A stretch of DNA of 64,000 nt from Geminicoccaceae bacterium. GTDB lineage: Bacteria; Pseudomonadota; Alphaproteobacteria; Geminicoccales; Geminicoccaceae. Every line of letters starts with the position of its first letter. Within the stretch, counting starts at the first letter, position 1. The stretch is taken from assembly GCA_020638465.1 (NCBI GenBank), contig JACKIM010000003.1, forward strand, positions 34,675 to 98,674, in the 5' to 3' direction. Below, piece by piece: positions 9,039 through 18,738 of the stretch. The position numbers and the translations under genes were made by a program. The notes beneath the pieces are model-generated. The model worked only from the letters and a program-made list of their open reading frames with translations, had not been told where the DNA came from and ran no database searches.

Positions 9039-10090
9039 CGGCCGGCCCCGTCGCCATTCGCCAGTGTTGCAAAGGCGAACCTCTGCAATGGCTGCATGCA
9101 GGGCGGGCCGAAAGCGACCGAAAGCGCCGGTGCGCCGGTCTCAAGGCAGGCCAGGGACAATGTGCGCGCGTCATCGTCCTCGCCATGGCGGCACAGGGCC
9201 GGCCGGCCGTCTCCGCCGTGGCTCGCCATCAATGCCTGCGGATTGCACCCCATGCCGCTTTCCAGCGCCGCCCGCAGACGCTCCAGGCGCTCCTGCGAGC
9301 TTGCTTGCATGCAGTCGCCGGACCGGACAAGGTTCTCGTCGGCGAGCTGGACGAAGTGGTTCGTCCGGGCGACACTCCTGTCACCCCATTCGACCGCGAT
9401 ACCGTTGCAGGCGAGCTCGACGGCGGCCGTGACTCCCTGCCGGTCGGCAAGGACCAGGCAACCGCCACCGACATGACGAAGCTCCCGCAACATCGCCACG
9501 GCTGCCTTCACATCGGCGCAAACGGAGAGAATCCGGGTCATGACGAAATAGCGGAGCCAGCCCGGTGCATGATTGCGCACGGATGTCTGGGTATCGGCCA
9601 CCGCGAGCCCGGCATCGTTGATCCCGCTTGAATACGCACCCGGCGCGCCGAGCGAACCCAGCGACAGCCAGGCATGCGGCATGTCGGGTCCCTCGTGCAG
9701 GGCCACCATCTGCAGGGGCGCATGATCGCCACGGAAATCTCGGTTCTTGGCGATCCGGGCTCCGCCCTGCGGATGCGGCATGGCCAGAACCGAGCAGCCA
9801 TCCCCCTGATATGCCCCGAGATCGCCGAGTATCCCCGCATGAAGATAGATGAAAAGATCCAGCGGATCGACCGCATAGCCCTGGGCAATGCCGTCGATCT
9901 CCGCCATGTCGCCGGCACAATGAGCCTGTGCGAAGGCATGCTGCCTGTCGATGAAATCCCGATCGATCCGGATCGTCTCCAGCCGGGCCGCCAGTGCGTC
10001 ACGCACCGCAGCAGCCGCGTCCGGTCGCAGGGCGGCCTGTCCACGGCCCCGGACATGGGCGTCGCCGCGAAGATGGAGAAAGTTCCTCAT
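9035..10090 (-). CDS. Peptidase C45 family (acyl-CoA:6-APA acyltransferase-like Ntn hydrolase)
   Basis: 351 aa. Gly-Cys self-cleavage-type motif QGDGCSVLAM followed by IAKNRDF. Start overlaps the upstream ATPase stop (ATGA). Confidence 0.7.
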   Translation of the reverse strand: MRNFLHLRGDAHVRGRGQAALRPDAAAAVRDALAARLETIRIDRDFIDRQHAFAQAHCAGDMAEIDGIAQGYAVDPLDLFIYLHAGILGDLGAYQGDGCSVLAMPHPQGGARIAKNRDFRGDHAPLQMVALHEGPDMPHAWLSLGSLGAPGAYSSGINDAGLAVADTQTSVRNHAPGWLRYFVMTRILSVCADVKAAVAMLRELRHVGGGCLVLADRQGVTAAVELACNGIAVEWGDRSVARTNHFVQLADENLVRSGDCMQASSQERLERLRAALESGMGCNPQALMASHGGDGRPALCRHGEDDDARTLSLACLETGAPALSVAFGPPCMQPLQRFAFATLANGDGAGR

Positions 10091-11079
10091 GCGCGACCTT
10101 CATTGCCATGCAGATGGCAACGTACGCTGACATCGCCTTCCAGCATGACCGCGTCGGGCGATTTTTGACGACAGACGGGCATGGCATGCGGGCAGCGGGT
10201 GTGAAACCGGCAGCCGGCGGGCGGGTCGATCGGCGAGGGCGGATCGCCGTCGAGCCTGATGCGCGCCGACGATCCGGCATGGGTCTTCGGTGCCGCGGAA
10301 ATGAGTGCCTGCGTATAGGGATGGCTGGGCTGGGCGATGACCCGTCTGGCGGGACCGGTCTCGACGATCTCGCCCAGATACATGACCGCCACACGATCGC
10401 TGACATAGCCGATGACGGCGATGTCATGACTGACGAACAGGTAGGTCAGCGACAATTCCCGGCGCAGTTCGGCCAGCAGTTCGATCACCTGGGCCTGAAT
10501 GGAGACATCCAGCGCCGACACCGGCTCGTCGCAGACGACAAGGTCCGGTTCCAGCACGAGGGCACGCGCAATGCCGATGCGCTGACGCTGTCCACCGGAG
10601 AACTGATGGGGGAAACGCTGGAGCATCTCGTGCGACAGGCCGACCCGACCCGCGATCGCGACAACCTTGCGCCGGATGACGTCAGCATCGCGCTCGCCAT
10701 GCAGCTTCAAGGGACGGGCGATGATGGAAAAGACGTTCTGCCGCGGGTTCAGCGAGGCATAGGGATCCTGGAAAATGATCTGCATGCGCCGTCGCAACGC
10801 CTTGAGCTGCGACGCATCGGCCCCGGTGACGTCCTCACCGTCGAGCTCCACCGTTCCACCCGTGGGCTCCAGCAGCCGCAGCAGGGTCCGCCCCAGCGTC
10901 GACTTCCCGCACCCGCTCTCGCCGATCAGGCCCAGCGTCTCTCCGCGGGCCATGCTCAGGTCTACGCCATCCACGGCCCGAACCGCATGCCCCGGGCGCC
11001 CGATGAGCCTGCCGAACATGCTGCCACCGATCTCGTAATGCTTGGTCAATCCTCTCACACGCAGAAAGGTCTCGCTCAT
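10087..11079 (-). CDS. Peptide/opine ABC transporter ATP-binding protein (DppF/OppF type)
   Basis: Track ORF 10087..11532 trimmed to [11 protein letters not shown] at 11079 (ATGA overlap with the upstream gene). Walker [10 protein letters not shown], signature FSGGQRQR, C-terminal CRFHTRCP oligopeptide domain. Confidence 0.9.
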   Translation of the reverse strand: MSETFLRVRGLTKHYEIGGSMFGRLIGRPGHAVRAVDGVDLSMARGETLGLIGESGCGKSTLGRTLLRLLEPTGGTVELDGEDVTGADASQLKALRRRMQIIFQDPYASLNPRQNVFSIIARPLKLHGERDADVIRRKVVAIAGRVGLSHEMLQRFPHQFSGGQRQRIGIARALVLEPDLVVCDEPVSALDVSIQAQVIELLAELRRELSLTYLFVSHDIAVIGYVSDRVAVMYLGEIVETGPARRVIAQPSHPYTQALISAAPKTHAGSSARIRLDGDPPSPIDPPAGCRFHTRCPHAMPVCRQKSPDAVMLEGDVSVRCHLHGNEGRA

Positions 11080-12047
11080 GAGGAACTTCCAAGCACGCAG
11101 CGCACCGCCCTGCCCGGCGCCCGATCCTCCAGCATCACCGGCTGCATGCAGCGCCCGTGCGCCTGCATGCAGCGCGGGGCAAAGCGGCATCCGGCAGGCA
11201 GGCGTGCCAGATCGGGCGGCTGTCCCGGAATGGGGGAAATCGCCTTGTCCAGATGATCGAGATCGGGAATCGAGGCCAGCAGGCCGACGGCATAGGGATG
11301 CAGCGGCTGATCGATGAGCTCGCGTGTCGCCGCCCGCTCGACGATCTGCCCTGCATACATCACCATCACCCGGTCGCAATATTCCGCAACAACGCCCAGA
11401 TCGTGGGTAATGATCACCACGGCCATGCCGAGCTCGCGACGCAGCCGGTCGAGCAGTTCCAGCACCTGGGCCTGGATGGTGACATCCAGCGCCGTTGTCG
11501 GTTCGTCGGCGATCAGCAGTTTCGGTTCGCACGCCAGCGCGATGGCGATCATGATCCGCTGGCGCATGCCACCCGAAAACTGGTGCGGATAGTCACGCAA
11601 CCGGGTCTCCGGTGCAGGGATACCCACCAGACGCAGCAGTTCGAGGGAACGCTCGCGCGTCGCGCGCCGGCCGAGGGCCATACCGTGTGCCCCGAGGGTC
11701 TCGGCGATCTGCTCGCCGATCGTGAAGGCCGGGTTGAGCGAGGTCAGGGCATCCTGAAGGGTCATCGCCATCTGCCGCCCGCGAATCCGCCGCCAGGCCC
11801 GGTCGTCGAGACCGACCAGTTCGCGACCTTCCAGCCGCACGCTGCCGCGGTCGATCCGGCCGGGCGGACGTACCAGTCCCATGACGCTCTGGAATGTCAC
11901 GCTCTTGCCGGAACCGCTTTCGCCGACCACGCCGACGCATTCGCCGGCATTCACCGCGAAATCGACACCGTCCACGGCGACAAGGTCGCCATGCCGGGTG
12001 GCAAAGACCGTTCGCAGGCCGCGGACTTCGAGCAGGGCATCAGTCAT
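11076..12047 (-). CDS. Peptide/opine ABC transporter ATP-binding protein (DppD/OppD type)
   Basis: Trimmed to [11 protein letters not shown] at 12047. Walker A GESGSGKS, signature FSGGMRQR, C-terminal CRFAPRC. Confidence 0.9.
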   Translation of the reverse strand: MTDALLEVRGLRTVFATRHGDLVAVDGVDFAVNAGECVGVVGESGSGKSVTFQSVMGLVRPPGRIDRGSVRLEGRELVGLDDRAWRRIRGRQMAMTLQDALTSLNPAFTIGEQIAETLGAHGMALGRRATRERSLELLRLVGIPAPETRLRDYPHQFSGGMRQRIMIAIALACEPKLLIADEPTTALDVTIQAQVLELLDRLRRELGMAVVIITHDLGVVAEYCDRVMVMYAGQIVERAATRELIDQPLHPYAVGLLASIPDLDHLDKAISPIPGQPPDLARLPAGCRFAPRCMQAHGRCMQPVMLEDRAPGRAVRCVLGSSS

Positions 12048-12933
12048 GGAGCTTGGGATCGAAGGCGTCGCGCAATCCCTGGCTGGCGACATTGATGGCA
12101 AGGACGAGAATGAGGATGGCCAGTCCGGGGAACGTGCTGACCCACCACGCCTGGAGCATGAACTGCCGCCCGTCGGCAACCATCGACCCCCAGCTCGCCA
12201 TGGGCGGCTGCACGCCAAGGCCCAGGAACGAAAGACTGGCTTCGAGGATGATGACATGGGCCATGCGGATGGTTGCCACCACCAGCACCGGCGAAAGGAT
12301 GTTGGGGAGGATCTCGTACCGCATGACCTGCAGGCTGGAGGCGCCGGCCGCCCGCGCCGCCTCGACATATTCGAGTTCGCGCACCGACAGCGTTTCCCCG
12401 CGCACCACCCGGCACGGGATGACCCATTCCTTGTAGGCGAGCGCAAGGATGATGTTCTGCAACCCCGGCCCCATCATGGCCATGAGCCCTATGGCAAAGA
12501 TCAGATAGGGGAAACCGAGGAGGATATCGACGAGCCGCGAGATCAGGATGTCCGGCCAGCCGCGCAGATAGCCGGCCGCCAGACCGGCGACGATGCCGAT
12601 CGTCGTTGCCACGAGGATGACCGCCGCACCGATGAAGATGGAAATTCGCGCGCCGTAGATGATCCTCGAAAGGATATCCCTGCCAAGCGCATCACATCCG
12701 AGCGGGAAGGCCATCTCGCCTCCTGCCACCCAGAACGGAGGCTGGAGGCGGCGGAACAGGTCCGTCTCGTAGGGATCGTGCGGCGCCAGCCACGGTGCGA
12801 GGACGGCCGCCAGCAACACCAGGAGAACCACCAGCGTCGCCGCAACGGCCAGACGGTTTTCGGCAAAGATGGCCAGCGACCGCCGCAGCGGGGTTTCGGT
12901 GACGGGCAGGGCCGCGTCGGCGACCGCGCTCAT
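12040..12933 (-). CDS. ABC transporter permease (DppC/OppC type)
   Basis: Start taken at ATG 12933 (ATGA overlap with the upstream permease). Polytopic, with EAA-type loop region. Confidence 0.9.
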   Translation of the reverse strand: MSAVADAALPVTETPLRRSLAIFAENRLAVAATLVVLLVLLAAVLAPWLAPHDPYETDLFRRLQPPFWVAGGEMAFPLGCDALGRDILSRIIYGARISIFIGAAVILVATTIGIVAGLAAGYLRGWPDILISRLVDILLGFPYLIFAIGLMAMMGPGLQNIILALAYKEWVIPCRVVRGETLSVRELEYVEAARAAGASSLQVMRYEILPNILSPVLVVATIRMAHVIILEASLSFLGLGVQPPMASWGSMVADGRQFMLQAWWVSTFPGLAILILVLAINVASQGLRDAFDPKLHD

Positions 12934-13937
12934 AGCCCGACCCTCGGATTGAGCCACGTGTAGAGGATGTCGGCGACCAGATTGAGCATCACATAGGTTA
13001 CCGCGTAGAGCAGGACCGCCGCCTGAACCAGCGGATAGTTGCGCACGAAGATGCTCTCCACCACCAGCCTCCCCAGGCCGGGCCAGCCGAACACCGTTTC
13101 CACGACCATGTTGCCGCCCAGCAGCGAACCCGTCTCGATGGCAGCCACCGTGACGGTGGGAATGAGCGCATTCTTGAGGGCCAGCCTGAACAGCACGCGG
13201 CGCTGTGACAAGCCGCGCGCACGGGCGAAGGTGATGTAGTCCTGTCGCAGGACTTCGAGCATCGAGGCCCGGGTGACGCGGGTCAGGATGGCGGCCATGG
13301 GCAGGGCCAGCGTGACCGCGGGCAGGATGATATGCGAGAGCGCCTCACCGAACAGGGCGAAGTTGCCGGTGATCAGGCTGTCGACCAGCAACAGCCCGGT
13401 AATATCGGGAAGTTCGCTGGAAAAGCCCACCCGGCCTGATACCGGAAGCCAGTGCAGGTTCACCGAGAACAGCATCAGCAGCAGGATGCCGAACCAGAAT
13501 CCGGGAAGGGAGACACCCAGCAACGATGAAACTGTCGCCAGGCGATCAATGAACCGGTTGCGGTAGAGGGCTGCCAGCACACCCAGCGGGATCGATATGG
13601 CCAGCGCCAGGATGAGACTGGCCAGGGTCAGTTCGATGGTGGCCGGCAGCCTTTCGGCGATGACATCGGCCACCGGCCGCCGATGGAAGAAGCTCTGGCC
13701 GAAATCGCCCGTTGCGACATTGCCGATGAAAACGAAAAAGCGTTCATGGGCCGGACGGTCGAGACCCATGTCGTGACGGATGCCCGCCTCCTCCTCCGCC
13801 GTGACCTGCTGGTCGCCGAGCATGATGTCCACCGGATCGCCCGGCGTGAGCGCCATCATCACGAAGACGATGAAACTCACGCCCAGCAATACCGGCACGA
13901 GCTGCACCAGACGTTCGGCGAGCCTCGCAGGTCTCAC
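12930..13937 (-). CDS. ABC transporter permease (DppB/OppB type)
   Basis: 335 aa polytopic protein with typical C-terminus DILYTWLNPRV. Confidence 0.9.
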   Translation of the reverse strand: MRPARLAERLVQLVPVLLGVSFIVFVMMALTPGDPVDIMLGDQQVTAEEEAGIRHDMGLDRPAHERFFVFIGNVATGDFGQSFFHRRPVADVIAERLPATIELTLASLILALAISIPLGVLAALYRNRFIDRLATVSSLLGVSLPGFWFGILLLMLFSVNLHWLPVSGRVGFSSELPDITGLLLVDSLITGNFALFGEALSHIILPAVTLALPMAAILTRVTRASMLEVLRQDYITFARARGLSQRRVLFRLALKNALIPTVTVAAIETGSLLGGNMVVETVFGWPGLGRLVVESIFVRNYPLVQAAVLLYAVTYVMLNLVADILYTWLNPRVGL

Positions 13938-13948
13938 GTCAGCGGCCC

Positions 13949-15490
13949 TCAGCCGTCGACACAGGCATCATGCAGGTTGATGCGGCTGTCCGCGCTGGGC
14001 TGCCATCCGCTAACCCTCTTCGAGACGCCGTAGACATCCTGCGGAACCCACAGGAAGACCATCGGCACGTCCTTTTGCACCAGATCCTGCGCCTGAATGT
14101 AGAGCTGCATGCGTTTGTCGGCATCGGTTTCCGTCGAGGCGGCCGTCAACAGCCCGTCCAGTTCGGGATTGGCATATCCGCTCGAATTGCCGCGCGCATC
14201 CGTCATCAATACCGGGTTGAAGATATCGTAGGGATCGAGCGTACCGTTCCCCCACGAGGTGAACCACATGTCGCCTTCGCGCACCTTGGCACCCTCGGTC
14301 CGCCACTTGTCGACCAGCTGCGACCCCTCGCCCACCTGCACGGTGGTGCGGATGCCGGCCTTGGTGAGCAGCGATGCGACGGCCTCGGCAATGTCCTTGA
14401 AGGCGCCCTCCACGTCCATGGTCACGTCGATACCGTCACCCAGCCCCGCCTCTTCGAGCAGCGAAGCGGTCTTGTCCGGGTCGTAGGGATGTCCCGCCAG
14501 CGCGGGATCGAAGGCGAAGGCATCGGGGCTGAGGATGCCCTCGATCGGCACCGCCAGGCCGTTGAGGATCTTGTCGATCACCAGTTGCTTGTCGATGGCA
14601 TGGGCCAGTGCCTCGCGCACCTTCACATTGTCGAAGGGCGGCTTTTCCATGTTGAGGGCGATGTAGAAACTGCGCGTTCCGTTGACGGTCATCACCTTCG
14701 CATTGTCACTGTTCTCGACCGTGGCAATGTCCGACGGCGGCAGCTCGTTGATGATGTCGACATCGCCGGCCAGGAGTGCTGCCACGCGCGAGGAGCTTTC
14801 GGGAATGATCTGGAAGATCGCCCGCTCGACGCAGGCCGGACCCACGGGCGGGATCTCGGTGGAACCGCCGTAATAGTCGTCGTAACGGTCCATGATGACC
14901 GCCTCGCCCTTGCGCCACTCCGCGAGCCTGAACGGCCCGGTGCCGTTTTCCCTTTCCGCGAGCCCGCCCGGACCGGCAGCCTCGGTGAAACTTTTGGAGA
15001 CGACCTCCTGAAACGGCAGCATGGCCGGCAGGATCGGCCACGGCTCGGACAGCCTGAAGCGGACGGTCGAATCGTCGACTGCCTCGACATCGACCAGCGG
15101 GCCGAGCAGGCCCTTGCGCGGGCTCGTCTGGCCATCCATCGCATTCTCGTCGATCAGCCGATGGAAGGTGAAGGCGACATCACCGGCCGTGAGCGGAGAA
15201 CCGTCGTGGAAGGTCACGCCGGAGCGCAGCTTCGCCTCCCAGGTGGTGGGATCGACCTGCGTGAAGCTTTCGGCGAGCTGCGGCACGACCTGCATGTTCG
15301 CATCGCGGGTCACGACGCCGTCATACATGTTGCGCAGGATGGTCTCGGTCTCGCGCTTGCGATGGTTGGCGGGGTCGAGCGTCAGCGCATCGAGGGTAAA
15401 GCCAACCTTGATCTCGCTGGCATGAAGGTCGCCGGCCGCCGCACCGGCCATGACGGCCAGCGCCAGCAAGGATGTCGAAAGCCTTCTCAT
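13949..15490 (-). CDS. ABC transporter substrate-binding protein, family 5 (peptide/nickel/opine)
   Basis: 513 aa. Signal peptide MRRLSTSLLALAVMAGAAAG. First gene of the minus-strand operon. Confidence 0.9.
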   Translation of the reverse strand: MRRLSTSLLALAVMAGAAAGDLHASEIKVGFTLDALTLDPANHRKRETETILRNMYDGVVTRDANMQVVPQLAESFTQVDPTTWEAKLRSGVTFHDGSPLTAGDVAFTFHRLIDENAMDGQTSPRKGLLGPLVDVEAVDDSTVRFRLSEPWPILPAMLPFQEVVSKSFTEAAGPGGLAERENGTGPFRLAEWRKGEAVIMDRYDDYYGGSTEIPPVGPACVERAIFQIIPESSSRVAALLAGDVDIINELPPSDIATVENSDNAKVMTVNGTRSFYIALNMEKPPFDNVKVREALAHAIDKQLVIDKILNGLAVPIEGILSPDAFAFDPALAGHPYDPDKTASLLEEAGLGDGIDVTMDVEGAFKDIAEAVASLLTKAGIRTTVQVGEGSQLVDKWRTEGAKVREGDMWFTSWGNGTLDPYDIFNPVLMTDARGNSSGYANPELDGLLTAASTETDADKRMQLYIQAQDLVQKDVPMVFLWVPQDVYGVSKRVSGWQPSADSRINLHDACVDG

Positions 15491-15600
15491 CGTCTCTCTC
15501 CCTCATGTTACATGGCCTGCATCGTTCCGCGGCCGCGACACCGTCGGCAACATCACGGCTGTCGCCGGAACCCGGCCGCGGAGCCAGGCTGCCTCCTGCA

Positions 15601-15616
15601 TGGCACACGACCTGCG
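15601..15616 (+). promoter_or_regulatory. Second -24/-12-like element TGGCACACGACCTGCG, facing the minus-strand promoter
   Basis: GG-N10-GC spacing is correct, with one mismatch to consensus (CTGC instead of TTGC). Points toward the GntR/ABC operon starting near 15939. Confidence 0.35.
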
Positions 15617-15627
15617 AAAACCAAAAA

Positions 15628-15643
15628 AGCAAGAGGCGTGCCA
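15628..15643 (-). promoter_or_regulatory. Sigma-54 (-24/-12) promoter, 5'-TGGCACGCCTCTTGCT-3' on the minus strand
   Basis: Plus strand reads AGCAAGAGGCGTGCCA. The reverse complement matches the TGGCAC-N5-TTGCW consensus exactly. It lies about 138 nt upstream of the SBP start (15490), and a sigma-54 activator is encoded in the same operon. Confidence 0.65.
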
Positions 15644-15828
15644 GACGCAAGGGGCGATTGGAAAAACCTGGCCAAAACCTTCAAATTCCCTTGGGACAGG
15701 CGTCTCCGGAGCAGAAATTCCGCACTTCACCGCAATATCGCATGCGTGATCTTGACGCCATTCTGTACCCGGGATGCGCGCATTGCACTCAATAACGGAA
15801 ACAGGACCGCCCCATGCGACGCATCCTC

Positions 15829-15892
15829 CCCTGCGATGAGGCAAGCCACGGCTTGCCAGGCCCTGCGATGAGACAAGCCACGGCTTGCCAAG
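15829..15892. repeat. Two tandem 32-bp repeats, each containing the palindrome GGCAAGCC-AC-GGCTTGCC (candidate enhancer/operator)
   Basis: CCCTGCGATGAGGCAAGCCACGGCTTGCCAGG followed directly by CCCTGCGATGAGACAAGCCACGGCTTGCCAAG, with 2 mismatches. It lies 186-249 bp upstream of the minus-strand -24 element and about 47 bp upstream of the GntR start. Confidence 0.8.
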
Positions 15893-15938
15893 TCCGGTCG
15901 ATGGCGTTATGGCGGTACCAATTCAGGAATGGTCCCGT

Positions 15939-16676
15939 ATGGGAGGATCGCCGCAGTTCATGTCGATGGTCGGCCATAACCGCAACAATTCGAGCATTGC
16001 CCTGGCAGCGCTGCGCCAATGGCTGGCTCAGGATGGCCGTGTACCTGGAGACCGGCTTCCCCCCGAGCGGGAAATGGCCGAGCAATTCGAGGTCGGCAGG
16101 CGTTCCCTGCGTCGCGCGCTGGATGTCCTCGAAGCCGAAGGCCAGGTCTGGCGTCATCAGGGCAAGGGGACCTTCATCGGCGTGATGCCCTATCCCGCCG
16201 AACCGCCCGTCGCCGAGATCGCCGCTGCGACGGGGCCCGCCGACATCATGACGGCCCGCCTCGCCATCGAACCGGAGCTGGCCGCCCTCTGCTGCCGGTC
16301 CGCCGAGCCGGCGGATATCGTCCGCATGCGCTATCTCGCCAAGCGCATCGATGCCACCCGCGATCCCGATGCGGCCGAACTGTGGGACAGCGCATTGCAT
16401 CGCCTGATTGCCTGGGCGGCCGGCAATCCCCTGCTGCTGGCCAGCTTTGCCCTGGTGGACGAGATCCGGCAGCAGGACGAGTGGCGCGACCTCCGCGAAC
16501 AGGCCCGCAACGCCGAGAGCCGGGCCCTTTCCGGCCGCCAGCACCGGGAAATCATCGACGCCATCGCCATGCGCGATGCCGATGCCGCACGCCGCGCCAT
16601 GCGCGCTCACCTGAGCAGCCTTGCCGAAAGGCTGGACGACATCATCGGGGCACCCTTCGTGGACACGTTGCGATGA
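15939..16676 (+). CDS. GntR/FadR family transcriptional regulator
   Basis: wHTH LPPEREMAEQFEVGRRSLRRALDVLEAEG plus a FadR-type helical C-terminal domain. Start is uncertain: in-frame candidates at 15885, 15939 and 15960. Confidence 0.85.
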   Translation: MGGSPQFMSMVGHNRNNSSIALAALRQWLAQDGRVPGDRLPPEREMAEQFEVGRRSLRRALDVLEAEGQVWRHQGKGTFIGVMPYPAEPPVAEIAAATGPADIMTARLAIEPELAALCCRSAEPADIVRMRYLAKRIDATRDPDAAELWDSALHRLIAWAAGNPLLLASFALVDEIRQQDEWRDLREQARNAESRALSGRQHREIIDAIAMRDADAARRAMRAHLSSLAERLDDIIGAPFVDTLR

Positions 16677-17653
16677 CCGCCGAAGCCCTGCTCACCGTCG
16701 AGAACCTCACCATCGGCTTTCGCGGATTGCGGCAGCCGCTCGTCGATGGCGTCGGTTTCGCGATGGAACGCGGACGCACGCTCTGCCTCGTGGGCGAGTC
16801 CGGCTGCGGCAAGTCGCTCACCGCCCTCGCGCTCATGGGCCTTCTCGCCTCGCCGCCGACGGAAAGGCGCGCCGGCCGGGCCCTGTTCGAGGGCCGCGAC
16901 CTTTTCGACCTCGATCTCGCGGCCTTGCAGGACCTGCGCGGCGGCAGGATCGCGATGATCTTCCAGGAGCCGATGACCTCGCTCAATCCGGCCATCCGGA
17001 TCGGCGAGCAGATCGCCGAGAGCATCCGCAGGCATCAGGGACTGGACCGGGCGGCCGCGAGAAGGCGCGCGCTCGACCGGCTGGAACAGGTCCGCATTCC
17101 CGCCGCCGCCCGACGCCTTGACGACTATCCGCACCAGCTTTCGGGCGGCATGCGCCAGAGGGTGATGATCGCCATGGCGCTCGCCAACGATCCGGCCCTG
17201 CTGATCGCCGACGAACCGACCACCGCCCTCGATGTCACCATCCAGGCGCAGATCCTCGATCTGATCCGCAACCTCCAGTCCGAAACGGGAGCGGCTCTCC
17301 TGCTCATCACCCACGATCTCGGCGTCGTCGCCCAGATGGCCGACGAGGTGGCCGTGATGTATGCCGGCAGGATCGTCGAATCCGGCCCGGCCAGGAACAT
17401 CTTCGACGACCCGCAGCACCCCTACACGCTGGGGCTCATGGGCTCGCTGCCGACGCTGGACGCCCGGCGCGGGCCGTTGCTCACGATCCCCGGCATCGTG
17501 CCCTCGCCCGAACGGCTCCCCGACGGCTGCCGCTTTGCCGACCGCTGCCCGTTCCGGGGGCCGCCTTGCGTCGCGGTCCCGGCGCTCGCCCCACTCGGCG
17601 ACGGCCATGCCGCCGCCTGTCACTACGTACCGCTTGAGGAAAAGGTCGCGTGA
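16673..17653 (+). CDS. Peptide/opine ABC transporter ATP-binding protein (DppD type)
   Basis: Track ORF trimmed to [12 protein letters not shown] at 16673 (ATGA overlap with the GntR stop). Walker A GESGCGKS, signature LSGGMRQR. Confidence 0.9.
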   Translation: MTAEALLTVENLTIGFRGLRQPLVDGVGFAMERGRTLCLVGESGCGKSLTALALMGLLASPPTERRAGRALFEGRDLFDLDLAALQDLRGGRIAMIFQEPMTSLNPAIRIGEQIAESIRRHQGLDRAAARRRALDRLEQVRIPAAARRLDDYPHQLSGGMRQRVMIAMALANDPALLIADEPTTALDVTIQAQILDLIRNLQSETGAALLLITHDLGVVAQMADEVAVMYAGRIVESGPARNIFDDPQHPYTLGLMGSLPTLDARRGPLLTIPGIVPSPERLPDGCRFADRCPFRGPPCVAVPALAPLGDGHAAACHYVPLEEKVA

Positions 17654-18738
17654 TGGCCGCCGTGATCGAGGCCCATGGATTGCAGCGCCACTTCGGCGGC
17701 AGATCGTCGTGGTTCGGCCGCTCGTCCCCCGTCCGGGCCGTCGACGGCATCGACCTTGCCATCGAGGAAGGCGAGACCTTCGCCATCGTCGGCGAATCGG
17801 GTTGCGGCAAGTCCACGCTGGCACGGGTCCTGGCCGGACTCATGCCCGCCAGCGCCGGCTCGGTCAGCTTTCGCGGACGGGATCTGACCACCCTCGATCC
17901 GGCCGAACGCAAGCGGTTGCGCCGCGACATGCAGTTCGTGTTCCAGGACCCGTTCTCCTCGCTCAATCCACGCATGACCGCTGGTGCCCTGATCGGGGAG
18001 CCGCTCGCCGCGCATGACATCGGCGATGCCACCGGACGACGACGCAAGGTCGCCGAACTCATGGCCCGCGTCGGCCTGCGGCCCGAACATGCCAGCCGGT
18101 ATCCGCACGAATTCTCGGGCGGGCAGCGGCAGCGCATCGGCATTGCCCGCGCGCTGGCCACCGGCCCCTCCGTCATCGTCGGCGACGAGCCGGTATCCGC
18201 GCTCGACGTGTCGATCCAGGCGCAGGTGATCAACCTGCTCGAAGAACTGAAGACCGAGTTCGGCCTGACGCTGGTCGTCATTTCCCATGACCTGACCGTC
18301 ATTCATCACATGGCCGACAGGGTCGCGGTGATGTATCTGGGACAGATCGTCGAGCTGGCGCCAGTGCGCGAACTCTTCGCCAGTCCGCGGCATCCCTATA
18401 CCGCAGCCCTGCTCGCCGCCATTCCGATGGATGGCCGGATGCCCGCGCAACCGCTCGAAGGCGATCCGCCCAATCCGCTCTCGCCACCTTCCGGCTGCCG
18501 GTTCCACACGCGCTGCCCCCACGCGGTCGCCGCATGTTCGGCCGACGCACCGGCTCTTGAAGCGACGGAGGATGGCGGGGGGAACCGTGCCGTCGCCTGC
18601 CATCGTGCCCGCGAGCTGTCGCTGCGCGGTGCCGATGGGGGCGGGAGGCCGCCCGCGACTGCCGCCGCGAGGCGTTTCGAACTCTATCGCCGGGCACGCG
18701 AAGTGCCGGTCATGACAGGAAGGGAACATCGCTCATGA
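17650..18738 (+). CDS. Peptide/opine ABC transporter ATP-binding protein (DppF type)
   Basis: Walker [10 protein letters not shown], signature [16 protein letters not shown] domain, about 40-aa Arg/Ala-rich C-terminal tail. Confidence 0.9.
   Translation: MMAAVIEAHGLQRHFGGRSSWFGRSSPVRAVDGIDLAIEEGETFAIVGESGCGKSTLARVLAGLMPASAGSVSFRGRDLTTLDPAERKRLRRDMQFVFQDPFSSLNPRMTAGALIGEPLAAHDIGDATGRRRKVAELMARVGLRPEHASRYPHEFSGGQRQRIGIARALATGPSVIVGDEPVSALDVSIQAQVINLLEELKTEFGLTLVVISHDLTVIHHMADRVAVMYLGQIVELAPVRELFASPRHPYTAALLAAIPMDGRMPAQPLEGDPPNPLSPPSGCRFHTRCPHAVAACSADAPALEATEDGGGNRAVACHRARELSLRGADGGGRPPATAAARRFELYRRAREVPVMTGREHRS

Noticed and set aside
6672-9476. 934-aa plus-strand ORF, plus similar long ORFs at 2817..4649(-), 13970..15871(+), 18684..20651(-), 39066..41099(+), 56124..58412(-) and 62144..63976(-)
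   Set aside because: All lie opposite or out of frame to genes with clear family motifs. All have Arg/Gly/His/Asp-biased composition and no domain signatures. I treat them as frame-shadow artefacts.
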